Below, in pieces: positions 1-9,691 of a DNA stretch of 64,000 nt. Position numbers and translations under genes: made by a program. The notes beneath the pieces were generated by a model. That model ran no database searches, had not been told where the DNA came from, and saw nothing but the letters and a program-made list of their open reading frames with translations. Origin of the DNA: Candidatus Caccovivens sp. (lineage in GTDB: Bacteria > Bacillota > Clostridia > Christensenellales > UBA1242); contig JAZRRN010000049.1 in NCBI GenBank assembly GCA_045650745.1, forward strand, positions 64,091 through 128,090. Direction: 5' to 3'. The stretch's first letter is position 1. Each line of letters opens with the position of its first letter.

Positions 1-166
1 CTTCATCTCTGTCAAAAGCATAAAGATGACCACTTTTCAATCTCTTGGCAATTTCAAAAGAATGTCCACCACCACCTACTGTGCAGTCGACATAAATGCC
101 ATCTTCTTTTATGTTGAGTCCATCTAAAACTTCGTTGAGCATAACCGGGATATGTTTGAAATCCAT
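1..166 (-). CDS. rsmH: 16S rRNA m4C1402 methyltransferase RsmH, N-terminal fragment (gene runs off the left edge)
   Basis: Absent from the ORF track because it is truncated. Reverse translation from the ATG at 166-164 gives [43 protein letters not shown], the RsmH/MraW N-terminus with the GGGGHS SAM-binding motif. Confidence 0.8.
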   Translation of the reverse strand, partial: MDFKHIPVMLNEVLDGLNIKEDGIYVDCTVGGGGHSFEIAKRLKSGHLYAFDRDE

Positions 167-264
167 AAAATCTTCCTCTATGTTGTTATTGTAGCACAAA
201 CATTTTTCTTAAACAAACAAATTGAAAAACAAAAAGAGAGTTGTTTTCAACCCTCTTTTCTTTT

Positions 265-3156
265 TTATTCAACATCAAAAAGTGAAATCAAGGCATTTTG
301 AAGTTCTTCTCTGCCATCAAATTCTGTGCTGATTGCTTCGTTGATTGCCACAGCATAATCTGTTTTGTCTTGGTCTTCCAACAAAGATTCGCCCTTGTTG
401 TCAAGAAGAGTTTTTGCAGAATCAATAATGTCTGCAAGTTGTTGGTCTGTGTTTGTCAATGTCATTTCTTCAATCACATCAGCCACAGCATCAATATATG
501 CTTGCACATCATCTGCCGAATCTAAACTTTTGCCACCAAGCGCTGTTGAAAGTTTGTCAGCAAAGTCAACTGCTTTTTCAATTTCTTCCAACTTCTCAAC
601 AAAGTTGATTGAATAATAATCATCAATTGCACTTACTGCAAGATATGCCTTAATGTCTGCACTGTTTTCATGTGGAGTTTTTCCAGAATAGTCAACACCA
701 TTCAAAACATCGCCTGTCATATACCAAATCATATTTGCAAAAATGTTGTTGAACACGCCATCTTTTGATCCATCATTGAATGCGTTTTCTTTAAGCAAAT
801 CCAAGATAGAACCGATTTCATTATAACCAACTTCTTCGGCATACAAAACAGTGTCCAGAAGTTGTGAAATAATATTTACAACTTCTTCTTTTGTTTCTTT
901 CAAGTTTGTCAAATCTGTTGCAGGTTTAACTCCTGTAAAATCTTCACTTCCAACAATGTTGTCAATTTCGTCAAAGATTGTTTGTGTAAGTTCTTCAAAA
1001 ATAATACCTTCAAAAATAACATTCAAGCTTTCTTCCAGCTTGTTGTCTTTCAACATTTCTTTAAGCAAAGCCTCAAAATCAGGATCTGCTGAAAGCAAAT
1101 ATTTTACATAAGTTTTTGGTCCGTTTGCAGTTTCAATTTCTCCTTCACTCATTATAGAAAGTGCTTGACCAAAAAGTTTGAATTGGCCGTCCCAAAGTTC
1201 TATTTTTTGCTTGTCAGTCAAACCTGTTTCATCAAGTTTTGCAAAGTTTACCAAATCTCCTGCTTGAGAATTGAGATAATCAACTGTTGTATCAAACACC
1301 AAACTTTTCAAATTTAATGTTTCGAGTTGATAGAACGGAATCATAATTTTTGAAATAATATCTTCTTCGACACTGATCCCAACAACAAGATTGTCAAGGA
1401 TTGTTTCCATCGTAACATCTTCGCTATTGATTTTGATAAATTCAAACTCTTCTGCAAGGTCAGCAGGTTCGGAAATAAATGTGAAGAATGATTCGTATGT
1501 TGAAAGTTTTGTTTTTTCTGTAGCCGAAGCTGTCAAATATACTTCTTCTCCAAGAAGATCCATATCATACAACTTCAAAATGTTGTCAAAAACATAAACA
1601 ACTTCTTCTCTCTCTCCTTCAACAACTGGAAGTGTAAAGATCTCGAGATTTTTAAGTTTGTCAAAAGTTTTTCCTGTTTGAATAAGTGTTTCATCAATAT
1701 CTTGAATTGAAGACAAGATGTTTTTTATATCTTTTCCATCAATCAAATCAGCCAATTTAATTTTTTGATTTATTGTCAAAAAGTCGTCAACGCCGTCCAT
1801 CAAATCATCAACAAGTTTGTCTGTGTCTTCGACATCAAGGTTGAGGCCAATTTCCAAATCTTTGTCGTTTTCAAAAATCTTTGTTATTTCTTTGTTTGCA
1901 TATTTGCCAAAAACAGAAATTCCGTCCTTGACAATGTTGAGGCTAAGTGCATTTTTTGCAACATTTTTGATTGCTGTGTTTTTGTCTTCCACAATTTCCA
2001 AAATGCCGATAAGACTCTTGTCTTCTGCTTTTTGAAAACTTGAAACAAGTCCTTTTGCAAAAAGTCCATCAATCACATCAACAAGTTTGAGAATGTCATG
2101 TTTAAGATATTGATACACATCTGTTGTTTCAAATTTTGTTTTGAGGTTTGAAACAATTTGTTTTACATCATCAGAAACTTTTTCAATATTCAAATCTTGC
2201 ATAATTTGATCAAAGTCATTTACGATGTCTTTGAGTGTTTCGACAACTACCTTTTTAAAAAGCCCATTTTCCATAAATACTTCAAGAGCTTGTTTAACCT
2301 TTGAAGTGTCGATGTTTGTATATGTTTTGTTTTGAATGTTGTTGTAAACAATGATTGATTGATCATAGACATTTGCTGTTGAGATAAGTTCTTTTCTGAG
2401 TTTGATTTTTTCTCCTTCAAGTTTGAAGTTTGCCATGCCATCAAACATCATATTGTCTATGCCACCTGCACCTGCCAATTTTGCTACAGGACCTTTGTTG
2501 AAAGCATCAAGAGCTTCTCTCAAAGATTTTGGCAACGCTTTTGAAAGTTCGTCACCAATTGTGTTGAGATTTTTTGCTTGATCATCAGACAATGCTTGAA
2601 CTTGTGCTGTTGTTGTGTTTGCAGAAATTTTTGCATATGTGTTTGTAAGTGATGTGATTGGTGCAAAAACAAAAACGAGCAAAATCAAACCTTGAACAAG
2701 TCCCACAAGTCCACCATAAGCACGAAATGGTTTATGTTTTTCAAAATCAACTTTTCTCTTTCCAAAACAAATTCTGTTGAAAATCATTGCAATAAGACTA
2801 AAAATGCCTGCACAAACAACACCGATCAACATAAAAATAACTGGCGAAACAATTGCTGCTGGCAATTTTGAAACAAAACCTTGTGCTGTTGGAAGGTTTG
2901 AAAGATTGAAACTTGACTGAATCACTTCCATAATATAACTGCTGATGGTATATTTTGTCCCATCAACTGTCAAACTTGCTCCCAAAATAGCATTTGTGAT
3001 TGGTTTTGTGACAAAGTATGCCAAAACCAAAGCTAAAACCATAAAAATAGCACTGAAAGCTGATCTTTTGAATCCTCTAAAAAGGCCTACTCCAAAACCA
3101 ACTCCCAAAAACAAAACCAAAGTGGATATACTTATCCAAGTGATTGCAGATGCCAT
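265..3156 (-). CDS. Large membrane protein: CvpA-like multi-TM N-terminus plus a roughly 780-aa acidic, helical extension
   Basis: 963-aa ORF. The first 180 aa or so contain 4-5 hydrophobic helices resembling the CvpA family. The remainder is D/E/K-rich with no motif I recognise. Confidence 0.45.
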   Translation of the reverse strand: MASAITWISISTLVLFLGVGFGVGLFRGFKRSAFSAIFMVLALVLAYFVTKPITNAILGASLTVDGTKYTISSYIMEVIQSSFNLSNLPTAQGFVSKLPAAIVSPVIFMLIGVVCAGIFSLIAMIFNRICFGKRKVDFEKHKPFRAYGGLVGLVQGLILLVFVFAPITSLTNTYAKISANTTTAQVQALSDDQAKNLNTIGDELSKALPKSLREALDAFNKGPVAKLAGAGGIDNMMFDGMANFKLEGEKIKLRKELISTANVYDQSIIVYNNIQNKTYTNIDTSKVKQALEVFMENGLFKKVVVETLKDIVNDFDQIMQDLNIEKVSDDVKQIVSNLKTKFETTDVYQYLKHDILKLVDVIDGLFAKGLVSSFQKAEDKSLIGILEIVEDKNTAIKNVAKNALSLNIVKDGISVFGKYANKEITKIFENDKDLEIGLNLDVEDTDKLVDDLMDGVDDFLTINQKIKLADLIDGKDIKNILSSIQDIDETLIQTGKTFDKLKNLEIFTLPVVEGEREEVVYVFDNILKLYDMDLLGEEVYLTASATEKTKLSTYESFFTFISEPADLAEEFEFIKINSEDVTMETILDNLVVGISVEEDIISKIMIPFYQLETLNLKSLVFDTTVDYLNSQAGDLVNFAKLDETGLTDKQKIELWDGQFKLFGQALSIMSEGEIETANGPKTYVKYLLSADPDFEALLKEMLKDNKLEESLNVIFEGIIFEELTQTIFDEIDNIVGSEDFTGVKPATDLTNLKETKEEVVNIISQLLDTVLYAEEVGYNEIGSILDLLKENAFNDGSKDGVFNNIFANMIWYMTGDVLNGVDYSGKTPHENSADIKAYLAVSAIDDYYSINFVEKLEEIEKAVDFADKLSTALGGKSLDSADDVQAYIDAVADVIEEMTLTNTDQQLADIIDSAKTLLDNKGESLLEDQDKTDYAVAINEAISTEFDGREELQNALISLFDVE

Positions 3157-3240
3157 AATTGTCTCCTTTTTTTAACTCATTTTCCTTTTATATTTTAGAT
3201 ATTCTATTTATATATATAATATATATCTATAATAATGCCG

Positions 3241-4326
3241 TTATTTTGCTATATTTCCATCTTTTATATAGTATAAAACGCCTTCAATTTTTCTTTCATC
3301 AGTGCAAGTGATAAATGTTTGTGTCCTATCAACAAATTTGAGCAATCTTTTTTGTCTGTCCAAATCAAGTTCGGAAAACACATCATCTAAAAGAAGGATT
3401 GGATATTCTCCATTGAGATTATACAAATTTTCAAGTTCTGCCAATTTGAGTGACAACGCAACTGTCCTTTGTTGTCCCTGCGAACCAAAGTTTTTAACTT
3501 CAACATCGTTGAGATAAATATCTATGTCATCTCTATGGATTCCAATTGATGTATAACCCAATTTAAAATCCTTTTCAAGGTTTTTTTGCAGATTTTTTGT
3601 CATATTTTCTTCAAAATGATCATCAAGTTTTGTGTTGCAACCACATTTATATTGAAGTGAAATATTTTCTTTTCCACCACTTATATAAGAATGTGCTTTT
3701 TGTGAATATGGCAAAATTTGCTCTAAAAACAATTTTCTTTCAAAAGAAATATATTTTGCTGCAGCAACCAAAGCTCTGTCCCAAATATCAACAGTTTCTT
3801 TGACAACTTCAATATTTTTCGAATTTTTGAGCAATTTGTTTCGATTTGCCAAAATTTTTTCGTATCTTCCAAGTTGGTAAAAGTATCTCTTGTTGCTTTG
3901 AGAAATTGCAATATCCATAAATTTTCGTCTTTCTTCTGGACTTTCTCTGACAAGTTTAAGTTCTTGTGGGGAAAAAAATACAATATTTACTTCACCTATC
4001 AATTCTCCCATCTTTCTGATAGGCAAACCATTTATTTGAATAACTTTTTTTTGTTTTGTGAAAAGTTTTATGTCAATGTCAACATCTCTATATTTTTTTT
4101 CTGCCTTAAGTTTGATAGATCCGTTTTCTTCTCCCCACTTGACAAGTTCTTTATCCTTGCAAGATTTAAAACTTTTTCCTATGCAACAATAATAAATACT
4201 TTCAAGCAAATTTGTCTTTCCTTGAGCATTTTTTCCTATAAAAACATTTATTTTGTCATCAAATGAAACAGAAAGTGATTTATAGTTTCTAAAATTGTTG
4301 ACAGTAAGGCCTTGAATTTTCATCAA
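3241..4326 (-). CDS. recF: DNA replication and repair protein RecF
   Basis: N-terminus MMKIQGLTVNNFRNYKSLSVSFDDKINVFIGKNAQGKTNLLESIYY carries the Walker A motif GKNAQGKT. The C-terminal part has the SMC-type signature SQGQQRT and Walker B LLLDDV. Confidence 0.9.
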   Translation of the reverse strand: MMKIQGLTVNNFRNYKSLSVSFDDKINVFIGKNAQGKTNLLESIYYCCIGKSFKSCKDKELVKWGEENGSIKLKAEKKYRDVDIDIKLFTKQKKVIQINGLPIRKMGELIGEVNIVFFSPQELKLVRESPEERRKFMDIAISQSNKRYFYQLGRYEKILANRNKLLKNSKNIEVVKETVDIWDRALVAAAKYISFERKLFLEQILPYSQKAHSYISGGKENISLQYKCGCNTKLDDHFEENMTKNLQKNLEKDFKLGYTSIGIHRDDIDIYLNDVEVKNFGSQGQQRTVALSLKLAELENLYNLNGEYPILLLDDVFSELDLDRQKRLLKFVDRTQTFITCTDERKIEGVLYYIKDGNIAK

Positions 4327-4391
4327 CTATAGTTTACCACAAAACTAAAAATTTTCCAAGTCCGTTGACGATTTAATATTTTCAAACTTAC

Positions 4392-4420
4392 TTGACAATT
4401 TCTTTTATACTACTTATAAT
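4392..4420 (+). promoter_or_regulatory. Putative sigma-70-type promoter of dnaA
   Basis: TTGACA (4392-4397), a 17-nt spacer, then TATAAT (4415-4420), about 75 nt upstream of the dnaA ATG. Confidence 0.5.
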
Positions 4421-4495
4421 AAGCATATATAAAAATATAACAGAATAACCTTTCTTGATTTTTTGAGGAAGGATTTTTGTTGAAAGGGGTTTTCT

Positions 4496-5848
4496 ATGCA
4501 AAATGTAAAAGTGCTTTGGCAACAAGTATTGGAAAAATTGGAACTTAGAGTTTCTTCAGTTTCTTACACACTTTGGATCAAACCAATCAAACCAATCGAA
4601 ATTGATGAAAAAGATAATTTTGTGATTGCAGTGCAATCTCTTTCTGCAAAAAATCAAATTTTGCGCAATTTTATAGACAAAATTATTGAATGTTGCAACG
4701 AAATTTCGAATAAAACGCTCAATTTGGTTGTTTTGGATCCAAATGAAGAAATCGAATATCTTAAAAATTTGAAAAATGCACAAGAAAAAGTTGCACACAA
4801 CAAAAATGACAAAAACCCATTTACACCAGAATTTACTTTTGACAACTTTGTCGTAGGAAAAAGCAACCAATTTGTTTACACTGCTGCACAAGCTGTTGCT
4901 CAAAACCCAGGTGGAGACAGTTTCAACCCATTGTTTATTTACGGAAACTCTGGTCTTGGAAAAACTCACTTGATGCACGCCGTTGGAAATTATGTCAGAC
5001 AATATTTGCCAGAACTTAAAATCAGATATTCAACTTGCGAACAATTTGCAAACACATATATCACAGCTCTTATGTCATCATCAAAAAACAAATCTATTAT
5101 GGATTTTAGAGATGTTTACAGAAATCTTGATGTTTTGATGGTTGATGATATTCAATTTTTGTCTAGAGGAAAAGAAATCCAAGAAGAATTTTTCAACACT
5201 ATAAACGAATTGATTTTGGCAAAAAAACAAATTGTTATTTGCTCGGATCGTCACCCAAATGAAATTGCAACTTTGGAAGAAAGAATCAAAACAAGACTTG
5301 TAAGTGGACTTATCCACGATGTTGGAAAACCTGATCTTGAAACAAGAATTGCAATTTTGCACAAAAAGAGCCAACTTGAAAACTATTATGTAGATGATGA
5401 AGCAATAGATATGATTGCTGAAAAAATCGACACAAATGTTAGAGAATTGACAGGAAAATTGAAAGAAGTTTATTTTCTTGCAAAAATCAACGGAAAAAAG
5501 ATTGCTTCTAAAGAAGAAGTATATGAAATTTTCAAAAATCAACAAGAAGAACTTAAAAACGAACTCACTGAAGACAAAATTATTGCAATTGTGTGCGATT
5601 ATTTCAATATTTCGCGCGATGACATTGTTGGAAAAAAGAAAAATAAAGAGATTGTAGAACCAAGAATGATTGCAATTTATCTTATAAGTGAGATATTAAA
5701 TCTTCCACTTAAAACAATTGGATCTGTTTTTGGTGGCAGAGATCACACAACAATCATGCATTCTAGGGATAAAATAACCCAAGACCTTAAATCAAACAAA
5801 AAGACACAAACAATTATCAATGAAATCAAAGGACTTCTTTCAGTCTAA
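4496..5848 (+). CDS. dnaA: Chromosomal replication initiator DnaA
   Basis: 450 aa. AAA+ Walker A motif GNSGLGKTHL, Walker B LMVDDIQF, and the C-terminal DNA-binding signature GGRDHTTIMHS. Confidence 0.95.
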   Translation: MQNVKVLWQQVLEKLELRVSSVSYTLWIKPIKPIEIDEKDNFVIAVQSLSAKNQILRNFIDKIIECCNEISNKTLNLVVLDPNEEIEYLKNLKNAQEKVAHNKNDKNPFTPEFTFDNFVVGKSNQFVYTAAQAVAQNPGGDSFNPLFIYGNSGLGKTHLMHAVGNYVRQYLPELKIRYSTCEQFANTYITALMSSSKNKSIMDFRDVYRNLDVLMVDDIQFLSRGKEIQEEFFNTINELILAKKQIVICSDRHPNEIATLEERIKTRLVSGLIHDVGKPDLETRIAILHKKSQLENYYVDDEAIDMIAEKIDTNVRELTGKLKEVYFLAKINGKKIASKEEVYEIFKNQQEELKNELTEDKIIAIVCDYFNISRDDIVGKKKNKEIVEPRMIAIYLISEILNLPLKTIGSVFGGRDHTTIMHSRDKITQDLKSNKKTQTIINEIKGLLSV

Positions 5849-6137
5849 AAAATAAGTTATGCACATCCAATTTTGTCAAAGTGCATAACTTTTTTTAATT
5901 GCACACACAGTTGTCCACATTTATCCACATACCCCAAACACTATATATAGACAACATTCGACAAATCTCGACACCACATATTGTTGTTTTTGAAATTTGC
6001 AAAAAAGTTATGCACATTTCAACACTCCCTAATAAGGGTTATTGTTACATAAATAAATTAAATAAATAACAAAAAAGGATTGCGTGTGGACAGGCAAGTG
6101 TGGTATAATATGGCTAGATGAAAAGGAGTAAAAAATT
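5849..6137. other. Candidate oriC (DnaA-box cluster in the dnaA-dnaN spacer)
   Basis: Perfect TTATCCACA at 5921-5929. One-mismatch boxes: TTGTCCACA at 5911-5919 and TTATGCACA at 5857-5865 and 6008-6016. Two-mismatch reverse box TGTGGACAG at 6085-6093. AT-rich tract at 6040-6078. Confidence 0.6.
5854..5896 (+). terminator. dnaA intrinsic terminator built from DnaA-box-like arms
   Basis: AAGTTATGCAC (5854-5864) pairs with GTGCATAACTT (5881-5891) and is followed by a T-run. The arms contain TTATGCACA-type boxes. Confidence 0.55.
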
Positions 6138-7238
6138 ATGTTAGTTAGTTGTCACGGAATAGAACTTTCAGATGCTTTCTTGAGTGTAAGCAAAGCAATA
6201 TCAAACAAAATCACAAATCCAATTTTGGAAGGAATCAAAATCGTAGCCGAAGATGATACACTTACTTTGAGTGCCACAGACACAGAACTTTCAATTGAAA
6301 AGAAAATCAAAGCAAACATCAAAACAGAAGGCGAAGCAGTAGTTCCAGGAAAATTTATCACAGAGTTTATTAAGAAGCTCACAAATGAAATGATCGAACT
6401 TGAACTTAATGACAGAAATCAAATGATTGTAAAATACAACGACAGTCAAAGTATCATTCAATGCTATAATGTTTTGGAATATCCATCATTCAAAACTCTT
6501 GAAACAATGGAATATTTTGGAATTGCAAAAAAAGATTTGAAAACAATTATCAACAAAACAATCTTCTCAGTTGCAGTTGATGATTCTAGACCAATCCTTA
6601 AAGGTGTGCTTTTTGATATTGAAAAAAATGTTATCAATGCAGTTGCCCTTGATGGATACAGACTTGCAAAAGTGAAAAAGAATATCGTTTCAGATCTCGA
6701 CATCAACATTGTTATCCCTGCAAAGAGTTTGTCAGAAATTTCAAGACTCTTGGACGACAGTGATGAAATGATCAATGTTTATGTTGACAAAAATGCTTTG
6801 ATGGTAGATTTTGGAGATACAAAACTTACAACAAGACTTCTTGAAGGCGAATTTGTAAAATACAAACAAATCATTGCAGCGAATTATGAAACTGTTTGTG
6901 TTGTAAACAAAGAACAATTTGAAGATGCACTCGAAAGAGCATCGTTGCTTTCAAAAGTTGGACAAGGAAATTGTGTAAAATTTGAAGTGAAAGAAAAGAA
7001 TTTGTGCATCACATCAAATTCAGAACTTGGAAATGTGAAAGAAAATGTGCCTGTAAACATGAAAGGCAAAGAACTTTTGATTGCGTTCAACGCAAGATAC
7101 TTTATCGAAAATTTGAAAGCAAACAATGACGAATTTGTAAAAATCTGCTTCAACGCACCAGCAAACCCATGTGTTATTGTGCCAATTGAAGGAGACGAAT
7201 TCTTGTATTTGATTTTGCCAGTAAGAATGATTGGATAA
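6138..7238 (+). CDS. dnaN: DNA polymerase III beta sliding clamp DnaN
   Basis: 366 aa, located directly after dnaA. Typical clamp sequence (ILEGIKI, LTLSATDTELSIE, RPILKGVLF, DGYRLA, C-terminal LILPVRM). RBS AAAGGAG lies upstream. Confidence 0.92.
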   Translation: MLVSCHGIELSDAFLSVSKAISNKITNPILEGIKIVAEDDTLTLSATDTELSIEKKIKANIKTEGEAVVPGKFITEFIKKLTNEMIELELNDRNQMIVKYNDSQSIIQCYNVLEYPSFKTLETMEYFGIAKKDLKTIINKTIFSVAVDDSRPILKGVLFDIEKNVINAVALDGYRLAKVKKNIVSDLDINIVIPAKSLSEISRLLDDSDEMINVYVDKNALMVDFGDTKLTTRLLEGEFVKYKQIIAANYETVCVVNKEQFEDALERASLLSKVGQGNCVKFEVKEKNLCITSNSELGNVKENVPVNMKGKELLIAFNARYFIENLKANNDEFVKICFNAPANPCVIVPIEGDEFLYLILPVRMIG

Positions 7239-7243
7239 CACTA

Positions 7244-7269
7244 AAAGACATCAAAAGATGTCTTTTTTT
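7244..7269 (+). terminator. dnaN intrinsic terminator
   Basis: AAAGACATC (7244-7252), AAAA loop, GATGTCTTT (7257-7265), then a T-run. Confidence 0.7.
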
Positions 7270-7548
7270 GTTGCAAAAAAGTGACATAAAATGTGGAAAA
7301 GTTGCGTTTTTTGTGTTATTTTTAATAAAATTTTTTATATAAAATTTATATATTTTTATTATATATATAAACAGGCTTTTTTGTTTTATACTATCGCAGG
7401 AAAAAATGGTTTAGATTTTGCGACAGAAAGCGCTAGAATAATTATAAAAAAGAGTCTGTTTGCAGTTGACAAAAATGTTTTTGTCCTGTATAATAAGTCG
7501 GTAAAAGAATTTACACACAAAAATTGCTAAAAGTTTAAGGAGAAGAAA

Positions 7549-7683
7549 ATGAAAAGAACATACCAACCAAAGAAAGGAAAAAGAAAAAAAGTTCATGGAT
7601 TCCGTGAAAGAATGAGAACAAACGGCGGAAGAAATGTTTTGAAGAGAAGAAGAGCTAGAGGCAGAAAACAAATCGCTGCTTAA
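7549..7683 (+). CDS. rpmH: 50S ribosomal protein L34
   Basis: Too short for the ORF track. Translates as [53 protein letters not shown] lies upstream. Confidence 0.95.
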   Translation: MKRTYQPKKGKRKKVHGFRERMRTNGGRNVLKRRRARGRKQIAA

Positions 7684-7694
7684 AAGATTGAGAG

Positions 7695-8027
7695 ATGGAG
7701 CATAGATTAAGAAAGAATAATCAATTCAACTATATCTACAAAAAGGGCGAAAAAACTCATACAGACAATTTGACACTTTTTGCTGCCAAGAGCAAATATG
7801 AAAGTTACAAAATCGGATTTTCAATAAGCAAAAAGTTGGGCAAAGCACATGAGAGAAATCTTTTGAAAAGAAGGATGAGAGAAATTTCTAGAAAATTTGT
7901 GTCGATTCCTTCTTTTTGTAATTTTGTGGTTTTGGCAAAAGAAAATGCGCCAAAACTCAGTTTTGTTGAATTGAAAGAAGAAATGATTAAGCTGTTTGAG
8001 AAATATGAGAGCAAAAAACATTCTTAA
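7695..8027 (+). CDS. rnpA: RNase P protein component
   Basis: 110 aa, basic, located directly after rpmH. Contains the motif AHERNLLKRRMRE. Confidence 0.85.
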   Translation: MEHRLRKNNQFNYIYKKGEKTHTDNLTLFAAKSKYESYKIGFSISKKLGKAHERNLLKRRMREISRKFVSIPSFCNFVVLAKENAPKLSFVELKEEMIKLFEKYESKKHS

Positions 8028-8268
8028 AAAAATTTGTTTGTTTCCCGTGTATATCTACAAATATGCAATTTCTCCATTGTTGCCACACAGTTGTCTTTTT
8101 ACGCCAACTTGTTCCAACTATATGATCAAAGCTGTCCACGAATTTGGTGTTTTCAAAGGTGGATTGATCGGAATGAAGAGAATTTGCAGATGTGTTCCAT
8201 GGCAAAAGAAGAGAGGGTATGACCCTGTGCCGATAAATATTAAAGGAGATAATATATGGATTTTGTGA
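7996..8268 (+). CDS. yidD: Membrane protein insertion efficiency factor YidD
   Basis: YKYAISPLLPHSCLFTPTCSNYMIKAVHEFG is the conserved YidD core. The gene overlaps the end of rnpA and the start of yidC. Confidence 0.85.
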   Translation: MRNMRAKNILKKICLFPVYIYKYAISPLLPHSCLFTPTCSNYMIKAVHEFGVFKGGLIGMKRICRCVPWQKKRGYDPVPINIKGDNIWIL

Positions 8269-9659
8269 GCACAATCTTGACAACCCTCACACCTCCAAAA
8301 GGAATGTGGGAATCAATTTTGAGTGCTTTCAAGAACGGGACTGGATCTTATGTGTGGGCAGTTATTTTGATTGCCTTGATTGTAAGAGTTGTTTTTTCAC
8401 TTGTTGACATTGTAAACAAGAAAATAACAATGAAAAACTCTGCAATCCAAGAGAAGATGAAGCCAGAACTTGAAGCTATTCAAAAGAAATATGGTCATGA
8501 CAAAACTCTTATGCAACAAAAACAAAACGAGGTTTACAGAAAATATCAATTCAACATGATGGGAAGTTGTTTTCCAATGTTGATCATGATGGTTTTGCAA
8601 CTTGTTGTGTTTATGACTTTGTGGACAGGTCTTCAAAGTGTTGCAAACTACAATATTGCAGAAAAATACGACAATATGAAATCTCTTTACACAAGTGTAA
8701 TCACACTTAATGAAGATGACGATTTCAAAAATTTTGTTGTTGACTATTATCAAGATGGAGATTCTATTTCTGCTGCACTTTCGACAAATGAAGAAGGTGT
8801 TAAGATTTTGAAAGTAGAAATTTCAAATCCAGATGACAATGCACCAGATGTAAGAGAATTTTCTCTTGCAAAAACAGAATTGTCAAACAAAGAAATTTAC
8901 AATTTGCTTTTGAAATATGTCATTGTACCTGAGGTTGAAACAACAGATCCAGCTGATCCAGATGCACCTGCAGAAGGCGAAACAATTGTTGCCTTGGAAG
9001 AAGGATCTGGAGAAGGTGAAGATACAACTCCACCTGCAACAGAACCAACAATCACTTATGTTGACACAGGAATTAATGATGTTGTAAAAGCTTTGGCTGA
9101 AAGTGTTTCTGCACAATATTATGTTGAAAATCAAGAAGGATTTTTGTGGATTGACAACATTTACAAACCAGATGCCCCAAAGAGCTCACTCTTTACAGAA
9201 AGAGAAATCAAGAGATATATGTCAGGTTTCTATTCAGATGAAGAAAAAGCATTGGAAAAAGAACATGACTATGAAGGAAAAATCTTCAATTATGTTGTAA
9301 ACGAAGGCGTTGGAAAGCAAAAATTTGGAAACAATGGTTATTATATTTTGACAATCATCGCTGCGGCAGCATCATTCTTGTCAATGTGGTTGTCAAACAA
9401 GTTGATGAACAAAAACAAACCTGTTGATCCAATGCAAAAGAAATTTAAGATGACTTACTTCATTATGCCACTTATTTTTGCAATCTTTACAATGAGTTAC
9501 ACAAGTTTGTTTGCGATTTATATCATAACTGGACAACTTGTTATGATTGCATTGACTCCACTCACAACATGGCTCACCCAAAAATGGACTCAATCATCTG
9601 AAAAGAAGAAACAAGAAAAAGATGTAATCGTTGTGGATTACAGAAGAAAAGATAAATAA
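8256..9659 (+). CDS. yidC: YidC/Oxa1-family membrane insertase with a large extracytoplasmic insertion
   Basis: 467 aa. TM1 is followed by the coiled-coil loop (KPELEAIQKKYGHDKTLMQQKQNEVYRKY), TM2, an acidic/Pro-rich insert of about 215 aa, then TM3-TM5. Confidence 0.85.
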   Translation: MDFVSTILTTLTPPKGMWESILSAFKNGTGSYVWAVILIALIVRVVFSLVDIVNKKITMKNSAIQEKMKPELEAIQKKYGHDKTLMQQKQNEVYRKYQFNMMGSCFPMLIMMVLQLVVFMTLWTGLQSVANYNIAEKYDNMKSLYTSVITLNEDDDFKNFVVDYYQDGDSISAALSTNEEGVKILKVEISNPDDNAPDVREFSLAKTELSNKEIYNLLLKYVIVPEVETTDPADPDAPAEGETIVALEEGSGEGEDTTPPATEPTITYVDTGINDVVKALAESVSAQYYVENQEGFLWIDNIYKPDAPKSSLFTEREIKRYMSGFYSDEEKALEKEHDYEGKIFNYVVNEGVGKQKFGNNGYYILTIIAAAASFLSMWLSNKLMNKNKPVDPMQKKFKMTYFIMPLIFAIFTMSYTSLFAIYIITGQLVMIALTPLTTWLTQKWTQSSEKKKQEKDVIVVDYRRKDK

Positions 9660-9691
9660 AAAGAAGAGTAGAAAAATCTACTCTCTTTTTT

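Noticed and set aside
5957-5963. Spo0A 0A-boxes (TGTCGAA / TTCGACA) at 5957, 10813, 12097, 15795 and 20915 as evidence of regulation by the Spo0A_C paralogs
   Set aside because: The number of hits is about what a 7-mer gives by chance in 64 kb on both strands, and two of them lie inside coding sequence. They are mentioned only as a testable hint.
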